From assembly GCA_017609465.1 (NCBI GenBank), contig JAFCDX010000002.1, forward strand, positions 11,881-75,880: a stretch of 64,000 nucleotides of DNA, read 5' to 3'. The position numbers and the translations under genes were made by a program. Each line of letters starts with the position of its first letter. Position 1 is the stretch's first letter. Shown here piece by piece: positions 50,439 through 59,306 of this stretch. The DNA is from Candidatus Woesearchaeota archaeon (GTDB taxonomy: Archaea > Nanobdellota > Nanobdellia > SCGC-AAA011-G17 > JAFCDX01). The notes under the pieces are model-generated. The model did not search any database. It was not told where the DNA came from and saw only the letters and a list, made by a program, of their open reading frames with translations.

Positions 50439-51040
50439 AAAAGATAGTTAGTAAGCCTTGTTACAGGAGCTAGTTCTGGATTTGGAAAAGATATAGCTAC
50501 ATTGTTGACTTAAAAGGACATATTGTTTATGTTACAGCAAGAAGAAACAGAAAAACTCAAGAATTAAAAAAATGTTTTAATAATAAAGGAGAAATAAAAG
50601 TAATTCTTGGAGATTTAACAGACAAGAAATTCAGAGATAGGTTAATTAAAAAAAATAATAAAAGATGCAAAAAATTGATTATTTGTTCAACAATACAGGA
50701 TACGGAACTTCTATAAAATTTGAAAAAACAACTTTTAGGAGATATTGAAAAGATGTTTGAGCTTAATGTCATTGTTTATGGATATTTGACAAATTTAGTA
50801 CTGCCTTATATGAAAAAGAAAAATTCAGGGAGAATAATAAACATATCTTCTATTGTTACTGTTGGTCCATTGCCCTTTTTGCAACATACAATGCAACTAA
50901 AGCAGCAGTATTTAATTTTACAATATCATTGAGCTATAAGCTAAAATAAGGGATTTAAAATTAATTGCAAAAGAAATGCATATTCATCATGTATTACCAG
51001 AATTAATATTAACAGCAATATCAAATTCATTTCATAATCA
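50435..51040 (+). pseudogene. Decayed short-chain dehydrogenase/reductase (SDR) gene
   Basis: SDR hallmarks are spread over three frames and broken by stops: LVTGASSGFGKD (frame shift after MKKIVSKP), IDYLFNNTGYG (NNAG motif), GRIINISSI, YNATKAAVFNF (YxxxK). Track ORFs 50720..50932 and 50557..50772 are fragments or antisense of it. Confidence 0.75.
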
Positions 51041-53617
51041 CTGAGTTTCTTTTTTGAATATGAATTTTCTTATTTCCATGAAAATTAATATAGAGGAACT
51101 TACTAACATTACATATAACCAGTCAATAAGAGTTAATTGTGTTACCTGGAATAAACTTCCAAACAAATAGATTATAATTATTTGCAATAATATTGATAAT
51201 GCTATTGCATATAGTAATTTTTTATTGGAGAAAAAGTCTGTCTTAAAAATAGAATCACTTGTTCTTGCATTTAAAGCATTAAACATTTGGAACATCATTA
51301 ATGTGGTAAACGAAATTGTTTGGGCATACATTAACCCAAAATAATTATTATAAATTTTGAACATGAACAATGTTCCTGCAGCAATCAATATACCGCTTAA
51401 GATCATATTTACAGCATTTTTTTTATTTATTATAGGAGAGTTTTTCTTTCTTGGTTTTGAATGCATTACGCTTTTTTCGACAGGTTCCATTCCCAATGCA
51501 AGTGCAGGAAAGCCATCTGTAACTAAATTAACCCATAAGATATGGATTGGCAATAAAACCAATGGAAATCCAAATACAGTTGCTATAAATATTGTTATTA
51601 ATTCTCCTAAATTACAAGACAATAAATAATAAATGAATTTTTTTATATTTCTGTAAATTCCTCTCCCTATTTCTATTGCATCAACTATGCTTGAGAAATT
51701 ATTATCCTTTAATATCATTTCAGAAGCCTGCTTTGCAACATCTGTTCCTGATTCCAACGATATACCTATATCTGCTTTTTTTAGTGCAGGAGCATCATTA
51801 ACACCGTCTCCTGTCATTGCTATAACTTCTTTCTTTGGATCAAGAGTTTCAAGTATTTTTATTTTATGTTTTGGAGTTACTCTTGCATAAACGTTAATGT
51901 CTTTTGAAAGTTTTTTTAATTCATAATTAGTCATATTATCAATGTCTTCTCCTGTAATTATTTTTCCTGTTATCCCAACCTCTTTTGCTATCGCTTTTGC
52001 TGTTTCTTTGTGATCTCCTGTTATCATTATCACTCTTACACCTGCTTTTTCTGCTAATTCTATTGCCCCTTTGACTTCTTTTCTTGGTGGGTCAATCATC
52101 CCAATAAGTCCTGTAAAAACAAGATTTTTCGTGCTTTTTCCCTTTGAATAAGCAAAACCAAGAACTCTCAATGCCTCAGAAGCCATTTCTTCTCCTATAT
52201 TTAATATTTTCTCTTTGTCTTTTTTGCTCATCCATTTTGTTCTTCCATTTATGTGCACATATGAACACATATCAAGGATTTTTTCTGGTGCGCCTTTGAA
52301 ATAATAGAATTCTCTTTTTCCTGTTGTATGCTTTGTAGCCATATATTTTTCTTCTGAAGAAAATGGAATTTCATCCACCTTTTCATATTTTTTAATATTG
52401 ACTTTTGATTTCTTTGCAACAACCTTTAATGCCAATTCTGTAGGGTCTCCTGTAAGGCTGTTAAGATCAGAATTATTGCATAAATATGCAATTTGCATTA
52501 ATTGCTTTAAGTCTTCAAGTTTTACCTTTTTATGATCATATTTGAAATTTCCTTCTGTATCATATCCTTCCCCTGTAACTTCTATTATATTGTTGTTCAT
52601 GAATATTTTTTTGACTGTCATCTCATTTTTTGTTAATGTTCCGGTTTTGTCGCTTGCAATTATTGTTGTGCTTCCAAGTGTTTCAACAGCAGGTAATCTT
52701 CTAACTAAAACATTTTTCTTGCTTAGGGCCTGCAATCCCAATGCAAGAGTTATTGTGATAATAGCAGGAAGTCCTTCAGGTATTGCAGCAACAGCTATTG
52801 TTATTGCAACAAGAAAAGTGTTTATTATATCCTTGCTCAACAAACTTCCTATAAGAAATATGAACAAGCTTATTATTATAATTCCTATGGATATTGTCTT
52901 TCCTAGTTCATTTAACTTTTCTAATAAAGGGGTTTTTGTCTCTTTTATCTTTTGTATTTCCTTTGCTATTTTACCTATTTCAGTTTTCATTCCAGTTGTT
53001 GTAACTACTGCCTTTGCCTTTCCATATACACACAATGTAGAAGAGAAAAGCATATTTTTTTGCTCTGTAACTTGCTCTTTCTCTGTTATTTCTGTATTTT
53101 TGTCTACAGATGTTGATTCTCCTGTTAATATGCTCTCATCTACCTTTAAATTAAAAGATTCTATTATACGGGCATCAGCAGGAATGTAATTTCCTGTTTC
53201 TATTATTATTATGTCTCCTGGGACAAGTTCCTCAGCAGAAATTATTTGTTTTTTGTTATCTCTTATCACAATTGCATGGGGGGAAGTTAATTTTGATAAT
53301 TCCCTTATTGTTTTTTCAGCTTTGAATTCCTGAACAAAACCAAGAACAGCATTTAATATTAAAATAGCCAGAATAATTCCAGCATCTATAAATCTCTGCA
53401 AAAAAATTGAGATTAATACTACTGCAAACAGTATCCATATAATATAATTTTTAAATTGGTTGAGAAATATTTTTAATTGTGAGATAGATTCTTTTTTCTT
53501 TAATTCATTTTTTCCATATTGTTTTAATCTTTTTTCTGTTTCTTCTTCTGAAAGCCCCTTTTCACTAGTATTAAGCTCCTTCAAGGTTTCTTCTACTGTT
53601 TTGTTATAGAAAGGCAT
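51038..53617 (-). CDS. P-type ATPase, P2 (SERCA/PMCA-like Ca2+-transporting) family
   Basis: TGES, PEGLPAIITITLALG, DKTGTLT, MITGDH, TGDGVNDAPALKKADIG. Ten-TM layout. Confidence 0.9.
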   Translation of the reverse strand: MPFYNKTVEETLKELNTSEKGLSEEETEKRLKQYGKNELKKKESISQLKIFLNQFKNYIIWILFAVVLISIFLQRFIDAGIILAILILNAVLGFVQEFKAEKTIRELSKLTSPHAIVIRDNKKQIISAEELVPGDIIIIETGNYIPADARIIESFNLKVDESILTGESTSVDKNTEITEKEQVTEQKNMLFSSTLCVYGKAKAVVTTTGMKTEIGKIAKEIQKIKETKTPLLEKLNELGKTISIGIIIISLFIFLIGSLLSKDIINTFLVAITIAVAAIPEGLPAIITITLALGLQALSKKNVLVRRLPAVETLGSTTIIASDKTGTLTKNEMTVKKIFMNNNIIEVTGEGYDTEGNFKYDHKKVKLEDLKQLMQIAYLCNNSDLNSLTGDPTELALKVVAKKSKVNIKKYEKVDEIPFSSEEKYMATKHTTGKREFYYFKGAPEKILDMCSYVHINGRTKWMSKKDKEKILNIGEEMASEALRVLGFAYSKGKSTKNLVFTGLIGMIDPPRKEVKGAIELAEKAGVRVIMITGDHKETAKAIAKEVGITGKIITGEDIDNMTNYELKKLSKDINVYARVTPKHKIKILETLDPKKEVIAMTGDGVNDAPALKKADIGISLESGTDVAKQASEMILKDNNFSSIVDAIEIGRGIYRNIKKFIYYLLSCNLGELITIFIATVFGFPLVLLPIHILWVNLVTDGFPALALGMEPVEKSVMHSKPRKKNSPIINKKNAVNMILSGILIAAGTLFMFKIYNNYFGLMYAQTISFTTLMMFQMFNALNARTSDSIFKTDFFSNKKLLYAIALSILLQIIIIYLFGSLFQVTQLTLIDWLYVMLVSSSILIFMEIRKFIFKKETQ

Positions 53618-53648
53618 ATAATTTTAATATAAAATTAATTTAATAAGT

Positions 53649-54548
53649 TTATGCTTTGCTCTTTTTGAATCTTCTTTCCCTTTGAATTCCCTTTATAAGC
53701 CTATAAGTTGCTTCTCCTCCGGGAACAAGAGAGGATAAAGCACTAACTCCTATGTCAAATACAGCTGTTTCTGTTATTGGCTGCTTTGCCTTGTAAAGGT
53801 TCATTTCCTTTATGTAAGAAACCTCCCCTGTTATTGTGTTAACTGAAACATATCCTTTCAAATTCTTTTTAGTATTTTCATACTCAAATATATAGGAAGG
53901 AATAAAATAAAGAATTAATTTCTTTACCTCTATTTCTTCATTTGTTATCTTATCTGCATCAACAGGATGTATAATTTCCTGTAAAATACTCCTTAATATG
54001 AATGAAGCCTTGACTCTTACAGTACTTATCATTACATCTTTTCTATCAAGGTCTTTTATGTGCTTAATTTTTTTAGATGATTCTTTTACATATTTTTCAA
54101 ATCTTTTTGTATGCTTTAAATTGGAAGGATTTTTTACTTGTAATGTCCCATCTATTAACATCCCTCTCTTTCTTGTTTCATTGCATAAATCAATTGATTC
54201 AAATGAAACAGTATTATAATTTCTGCCTTCGCTACCATCAAAATCTTTGTTTCCTATTCTTAATCCCTTTACTTCTTTTGAAACAGTAACTTTGTAGTTT
54301 GATGCTCTCTCATAATCCACAGATGATTCAGCAACCAATTCCCAAAAAGGGTCAAATCTTTTGACTATCTTGTTTAATTTTATGTCTTTTTTATCACCAG
54401 AAAACTTGGATTTTAATCCAGAAAAGAACCCAAATGCCTTTGTCTTATTTTTTTCAGCAATATCAACCATTTCTTCCTTAGATAACTTGTCTTCAAAGTA
54501 CCTAATTTCTTCCTTAGTTGCCTTTAAAATATCCTTTTTTCTTGCCAT
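53649..54548 (-). CDS. Hypothetical protein (no family recognised)
   Basis: Clean 299-aa ORF with a typical lysine-rich composition and a hydrophobic patch near the C-terminus (AVFDIGVSALSSLVPGG). Confidence 0.5.
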   Translation of the reverse strand: MARKKDILKATKEEIRYFEDKLSKEEMVDIAEKNKTKAFGFFSGLKSKFSGDKKDIKLNKIVKRFDPFWELVAESSVDYERASNYKVTVSKEVKGLRIGNKDFDGSEGRNYNTVSFESIDLCNETRKRGMLIDGTLQVKNPSNLKHTKRFEKYVKESSKKIKHIKDLDRKDVMISTVRVKASFILRSILQEIIHPVDADKITNEEIEVKKLILYFIPSYIFEYENTKKNLKGYVSVNTITGEVSYIKEMNLYKAKQPITETAVFDIGVSALSSLVPGGEATYRLIKGIQRERRFKKSKA

Positions 54549-54685
54549 TTTGAATATAATTCCTTTTAGTTTAATTACTTTTATATTTACTTATAAGTGG
54601 TTACATCCATATATAAAGGTTTCGGTATATTATCAAAAAAATATGGTCTTCTTGTTTATATATTTAATGAAAGCAGTTTAGAAAA

Positions 54686-54694
54686 CTTTATAAG
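54686..54694 (+). promoter_or_regulatory. Candidate TATA box for tRNA-Gly
   Basis: CTTTATAAG lies 24-32 nt upstream of the tRNA 5' end at 54718. Confidence 0.4.
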
Positions 54695-54717
54695 AGAATT
54701 TCTTACAAATTCTATAT

Positions 54718-54823
54718 GCGCCAGTAGTTCAATGGCTAGACCTTTGAGGGGCTAAAATTCCGGCCTTCCATAACTTAAAGTTGAAGTTAGCCGGTGATCG
54801 GGGTTCGAATCCCCGCTGGCGCA
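54718..54823 (+). tRNA. tRNA-Gly(UCC) with two putative introns (106 nt)
   Basis: Acceptor GCGCCAG/CTGGCGC with discriminator A. D arm GTTC-AATGGCT-AGAC. Anticodon stem CCGGC/GCCGG with loop CTTCCA[18-nt intron]A. T arm CGGGG-TTCGAAT-CCCCG. An extra ~17 nt (within CTTTGAGGGGCTAAAATT) sits between the D stem and anticodon stem. No encoded CCA. Confidence 0.7.
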
Positions 54824-54865
54824 TTCTATGATAATATTTATAAAATAACATTACGGCTCATTCTT

Positions 54866-55504
54866 ATGAAAAAGAACATATTGGTATTTTGTAGTCATCC
54901 TGATGACCTAGACATATCTATGGGGGGAACAGCAGCAATATATGCAAGAAAAGGATATAGAATAATATCTGTTATATTTTCTTATGGAGAATTGCATTAT
55001 TTGAAAAAAGAAGTTATAGTAAAAAGAAGAATACAAGAAGTAAAAAATTCAGGAAGGATTCTTGGTTATAATGATTTTATTTTCTTTGGTTTGCCTGATT
55101 CAAAAATTGCTTCACAGATAGAGGAAAAAAACATAAAAGAGAAAGTAAAAGATTTGATTAATAGATATGGCCCCGACAAGATTTTTACTCATTCCCCTTC
55201 AGACCCTATGCCAGACCATAAAACTGTTAACAAGGTTGTTTTTGAAGCTTTAAAAGAAATAAAAAAAGATTATGGTCTTTACTCATTTGATGTATGGAAT
55301 GTTTCTAATTTCAAGGAAAAGAGAAGGCCAAAGATGATAATTGATATATCAGATACGTTTTATCTTAAAATAAAGGCCTTAAGAGAATTTAAGTCACAAA
55401 CACATGTGATGATACAATTGGCTCCGGCAATATTTATAAGAGCAAAATGGTTTGGATTAAAAAATGGATGCAAATATGCAGAGAGGTTTTATAAATTAAT
55501 GTAA
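54866..55504 (+). CDS. PIG-L/LmbE-family N-acetylglucosaminyl deacetylase
   Basis: Start trimmed to ATG 54866 because the track ORF runs into the tRNA. Has ILVFCSHPDDLDISMGGT (the HPDD zinc motif) and HSPSDPMPDH. Confidence 0.8.
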   Translation: MKKNILVFCSHPDDLDISMGGTAAIYARKGYRIISVIFSYGELHYLKKEVIVKRRIQEVKNSGRILGYNDFIFFGLPDSKIASQIEEKNIKEKVKDLINRYGPDKIFTHSPSDPMPDHKTVNKVVFEALKEIKKDYGLYSFDVWNVSNFKEKRRPKMIIDISDTFYLKIKALREFKSQTHVMIQLAPAIFIRAKWFGLKNGCKYAERFYKLM

Positions 55505-55505
55505 A

Positions 55506-56627
55506 ATGAAAAAGAAAATATTAATAGCAAGTGATTCATTTCTTCCGAAAATAGATGGGGTAAGCATTTTTTTAAAAAGAATAATTCCTGAAATGTCAAA
55601 AGAGTTTGATTTAAGTCTTATAGCGCCCAGCTTTAAAGGAAAATACGACCATCTTAAAAAAATAAAAATTTATAGAACAAGAATTTCAAGCTTAAAAATA
55701 GCTAATTATAATATTCCAAAACCTTCAAGAAGAGTTATGAGAAAATTAATAAAACTAAATGACATAATATTCATACAAGATATTGGCCCTATAGGGTTTT
55801 ATGCATTACATTATGCAAAAAAATTCAATAAAAAAGTAATAGCTTATATTCATTCAATTGAGGGGCAGAGATTTGCTGAATGTTCAGAAGCTACCTCAAG
55901 ATTAAAATTATTTTTCAGGTATTTGACTTCAAAATACGAGAGATGGTTTTACAATCAATGTGATAGATTGATAATATCAAGCAGTTCTATTTCAAAGATA
56001 TTATTCAAGCAGGGAATAACAACAAAATATACTTTCATCCCTTTAGGAATTGATATTGAAAAATTTAATCCTGCAAAAGACAAAAAAACAGCAAAAGCAA
56101 AAATAGGTCTTAAGGAGGGCGTGTTTGTAATAGGTTATCTGGGAAGAATAAGCAAGGAAAAGAACCTTATAACTCTAAAAGAGGCATTTGAAAAATTGCC
56201 ATTTAATAATAAACTACTATTGATAGTTGGTGGAGGAAGTTATTTGCAGAAAAAAGTGTTTTCAGGTTTGAAAAATAAATATATTACAGGTTTTGTAAAT
56301 GATCCTTTAAAATATATTCAGGCAATGGATGTTTATGTTCTCCCTAGTTTAACAGAAACAAGCTCTTTATCTACATTGGAAGCTATGGCAACAGGATTAC
56401 CTGTTATTGCAACCCCTGTTGGTTCAATTCCAGATTACATACATAACAGGAAAAATGGAATGATATTTGGAAAAAAAGATTCAAAGGAATTATTGTATCT
56501 GTTATTGGAAATGTACAGAGAAGATAAGTTAAGAGAAGAGTTGGGTAAAAATGCAAGAGAAACTGCAAAAAAATTTACTTGGAAAAATACTATTAATAGT
56601 TTAATTGATTTCTTTAAAGAGATTTAA
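55506..56627 (+). CDS. Glycosyltransferase family 4 (PIG-A/BshA-like GT-B)
   Basis: KILIASDSFLPKIDGVS N-terminus, LGRISKEKN, PSLTETSSLSTLEAMATGLPVIATPVG (EX7E). 1-nt gap after the deacetylase. Confidence 0.8.
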   Translation: MKKKILIASDSFLPKIDGVSIFLKRIIPEMSKEFDLSLIAPSFKGKYDHLKKIKIYRTRISSLKIANYNIPKPSRRVMRKLIKLNDIIFIQDIGPIGFYALHYAKKFNKKVIAYIHSIEGQRFAECSEATSRLKLFFRYLTSKYERWFYNQCDRLIISSSSISKILFKQGITTKYTFIPLGIDIEKFNPAKDKKTAKAKIGLKEGVFVIGYLGRISKEKNLITLKEAFEKLPFNNKLLLIVGGGSYLQKKVFSGLKNKYITGFVNDPLKYIQAMDVYVLPSLTETSSLSTLEAMATGLPVIATPVGSIPDYIHNRKNGMIFGKKDSKELLYLLLEMYREDKLREELGKNARETAKKFTWKNTINSLIDFFKEI

Positions 56628-56919
56628 TTTTATGTAAATATTTTTCTAAGTCTTTATACCCCTTTTTTCTTTCTAATAAACAAACTAAAATTATATTTGG
56701 TTCTATAATTATATAAATAAGCCTATATTCCTTGTTTTTCATATTTAATTTAATTCTAAATGTCTTGGAAAATAATTTAGAATGAATACATTTAAACCTG
56801 TAAGGATTTTCTTTTATTAAATCTATTTTATTATTTAATATCCTTTTAGACTTCTCATCAAGTTTTAAATCTTTGATTTGTTTTAATAAGATTTTAGAAG
56901 GAATTATTTTAAAACTCAT
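56614..56919 (-). CDS. RelE/ParE-like type II toxin
   Basis: About 100 aa and basic. NPYRFK...FRIKL...YRLIYIIIEPNIILVCLLERKKGY follows the RelE-family beta-sheet pattern. ATGA overlap with the upstream RHH gene. Confidence 0.5.
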   Translation of the reverse strand: MSFKIIPSKILLKQIKDLKLDEKSKRILNNKIDLIKENPYRFKCIHSKLFSKTFRIKLNMKNKEYRLIYIIIEPNIILVCLLERKKGYKDLEKYLHKIKSL

Positions 56920-57164
56920 TTTAAGGCTTTTCTTAATTCTTCCTCACTTACAAATTCCTTATTTTTAAGGGTTTTTAATATCAAGGAATCTATCAATTCA
57001 ATTTCTTCTTTTGTAAAACTTTCATCAAATTCACTTTTTTCAAATATTTTTTCTCTTATACTTTCTGTGGCTAACTCTTGAATATTCCTGAATCCATATC
57101 TTTCTATATAATCTTTTGCTGCCTCAAAAAGGTTTTCTGGTAGTTTTAAATTAATTTGTTTCAT
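56916..57164 (-). CDS. Ribbon-helix-helix (CopG-like) antitoxin candidate
   Basis: N-terminal MKQINLKLPENLFEAAKDYIERYGFRNIQELATESIREKI is a beta-strand plus two helices. Acidic C-terminus. Translationally coupled to the toxin. Confidence 0.5.
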   Translation of the reverse strand: MKQINLKLPENLFEAAKDYIERYGFRNIQELATESIREKIFEKSEFDESFTKEEIELIDSLILKTLKNKEFVSEEELRKALK

Positions 57165-57213
57165 GATATCTATAGATACTTATAGATATTTAAATGTTTT
57201 GATAGGATTAAAA

Positions 57214-57288
57214 CGCCCGGGAAGGGATTTGAACCCTCAACCTATAGATTAGGAATCTATTGCTCTGTCCAAGTTGAGCTACCCGGGC
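57214..57288 (-). tRNA. tRNA-Arg(CCU), 75 nt, no intron
   Basis: Reverse complement folds as GCCCGGG TA GCTC AACTTGGACA GAGC A ATAGA TTCCTAA TCTAT AGGTT GAGGG TTCAAAT CCCTT CCCGGGC G. A full cloverleaf with no encoded CCA. Confidence 0.9.
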
Positions 57289-57324
57289 ATTCATAAAAAG
57301 AATTAAATTTACTTTTAAAGTTTT

Positions 57325-59112
57325 TTAAATCAAGACTTCTACTTTTTTCTCAGTGTCAAGAGCAAATAAAATCTTTTTTCCAATTTCTGATTTCTTGTTT
57401 ATCTTTATTTCTCCTTTATAACCAACCATTGCAGTAAGCACAAAGAAATTATCTGCATAGAAATCTGCTTTCTTGTTTACAAATTTCTCATCAAATTGAA
57501 ATACAATATTCTTTTTTGTCTCTTCTATATGAAAATTAACAGGATCTTTTCTAACTTTCATTTCCCTAACATCAATTTTTAATCCTAATTTTCTTTCAAG
57601 ATAATCTATGTTAGATCCAGCTCTTCCTATTATGTCAGGTATTTTTCCTGGTTTTGCATAAAGAATTATCTTGTTTTGTGATACAATTTCAACATTAATT
57701 TTTCCGTATTTGCTTAATTCGTCTTCTATTTGCTTAATTGCAAGTTTTTCGATTCCGGTAATTTCTCTTTTTGATTCTATTGGGATTACAACAGTTTCTT
57801 CTCCATAAGAATAAATCTCATATTCTAATTTATCAGTTTCAAATTCTCTTACTTCAATAACTGGACGTGCAAGATCCTGTTCTGTCATTCCTGTTGGAAC
57901 TTTTACAAGCATCCTCAATGTCAATATCTTGCTTATTTTCCCAGATTCCATATATAATATTGTATCCAGAACAGAAGGTATCATTCCTGTTTCCAATCTT
58001 CCTATAAATCTCTGGACAGCATCTACTGGTGAGGCAGAATGCAATACTCCAAGACAAGAACTTCCTGCTAATCTCAAATCAATATATAACTTAAAATCAG
58101 GAGTATCTCTTATTTCATCAAATATTAGATTGTCTGGACGTGATAAAAACAAAATATCATGTATTTCCTCTGAACTTGTGAAATTCTTTGAATATTGAGT
58201 TATGTTATCTGTTAATTGCAAATCTCTTGGAGATTCAACTGTTTTTGTTATTTTATTATTTTTTACATAAGATTCTGCAACAGCTTGTGCAAAAGTGCTC
58301 TTACCTGAACCTGTTTCTCCTGCAACAAGAATACCTTGTGCTCTTTCCTTTATTCTGTTTAATATTTTTTCATCTAAATTATAATCATCAAGATTTAATT
58401 TTTTTATTGGTCTTATTGCAGTTATTTCCCATCCGTCTGATATTGGAGGTTTTGTAATCACAACTCTGAAATTTTTATATTGCAATATTGTTGAGCCTCT
58501 TCTTGAGATTTCTATGAATGACTTTTTATCCATTCTTGTTTTTTCAACAATATCTTTTGCTATAGTTTGAACTTCCTTTGTATCAAGTTTTTTCTTTAAT
58601 TTTTTTAATTCCCACTTACCAGGCATTCCTTTTTTTGCATAAACGTAACAATCTTCTTTTATATGCAAGGACATTGTATTTTTATCAAATAATTTCTCCA
58701 ATTCTGTTTTTATTTTCGGCTTTTCCATCTCAATGAATTTTACTTTTAAACCAAATACTCTTGCAGATTCTGCTTGAACCTTATCTGCTGTTATTAATGT
58801 AGCTTTATGCTCAAATGCCAGTTGTCTTATTAAAGCATCAATTTCCCCGCCTGTTTTGGCTAATTTTATCTGATCTATTGTAGGCCTTTCGCCTATGAAT
58901 TCAAGAGAAATCTTTTTTTTCTTTTTTAAATCCTGCAATTTTTGAAGTTCTTCTAATCCTAAATAACCAATTTCAAGACCTTGATTTGCCTGATGTTCTA
59001 GTTCAGCAACAACCTGATGAGGTATCAATATAGTTCCCTTTATCTTGTTATTCTTAATTTCATCCGAAGCTATTCCCTCTATTACTATGCTCGTGTCTAA
59101 TACATATTTCAT
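57325..59112 (-). CDS. PIN-domain / P-loop ATPase / KH-domain protein (archaeal PilT-like ATPase, COG1855-type)
   Basis: N-terminal PIN (YVLDTSIVIEG), Walker A GETGSGKST, C-terminal KH-like IPDIIGRAGSNIDYLERKLG. Confidence 0.8.
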   Translation of the reverse strand: MKYVLDTSIVIEGIASDEIKNNKIKGTILIPHQVVAELEHQANQGLEIGYLGLEELQKLQDLKKKKKISLEFIGERPTIDQIKLAKTGGEIDALIRQLAFEHKATLITADKVQAESARVFGLKVKFIEMEKPKIKTELEKLFDKNTMSLHIKEDCYVYAKKGMPGKWELKKLKKKLDTKEVQTIAKDIVEKTRMDKKSFIEISRRGSTILQYKNFRVVITKPPISDGWEITAIRPIKKLNLDDYNLDEKILNRIKERAQGILVAGETGSGKSTFAQAVAESYVKNNKITKTVESPRDLQLTDNITQYSKNFTSSEEIHDILFLSRPDNLIFDEIRDTPDFKLYIDLRLAGSSCLGVLHSASPVDAVQRFIGRLETGMIPSVLDTILYMESGKISKILTLRMLVKVPTGMTEQDLARPVIEVREFETDKLEYEIYSYGEETVVIPIESKREITGIEKLAIKQIEDELSKYGKINVEIVSQNKIILYAKPGKIPDIIGRAGSNIDYLERKLGLKIDVREMKVRKDPVNFHIEETKKNIVFQFDEKFVNKKADFYADNFFVLTAMVGYKGEIKINKKSEIGKKILFALDTEKKVEVLI

Positions 59113-59306
59113 TTTCGTTAACTTTATATACTCTTGTTTTTACATATTATTAGCTGGATAACTTTAAGAAATCAGAAGCTTATGGTTATCTGGCTATCTC
59201 AAAGGTTTATAAAACTTTCTACAGAAATTCATTTTTAAATTAAAAGAAGTTATCTTAACAATACATTACAGAAACGTTTATAAAATATATATTATAATAT
59301 ATATTT

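Noticed and set aside
54794-54865. N-terminal extension of the PIG-L ORF (GTG start at 54794).
   Set aside because: It overlaps the 3' half of tRNA-Gly. The conserved deacetylase sequence begins at the ATG at 54866.
54718-57288. Possible integrated element bounded by tRNA-Gly and tRNA-Arg, carrying the toxin-antitoxin pair.
   Set aside because: I found no integrase, recombinase or transposase gene and no direct repeat of either tRNA 3' end. Composition looks the same as the flanks.
59140-59210. Apparent palindrome GCTGGATAAC...GTTATCTGGC upstream of the PIN-KH ATPase gene.
   Set aside because: Only the 6-bp core GATAAC/GTTATC is truly complementary. That is too short to distinguish from chance in this sequence.
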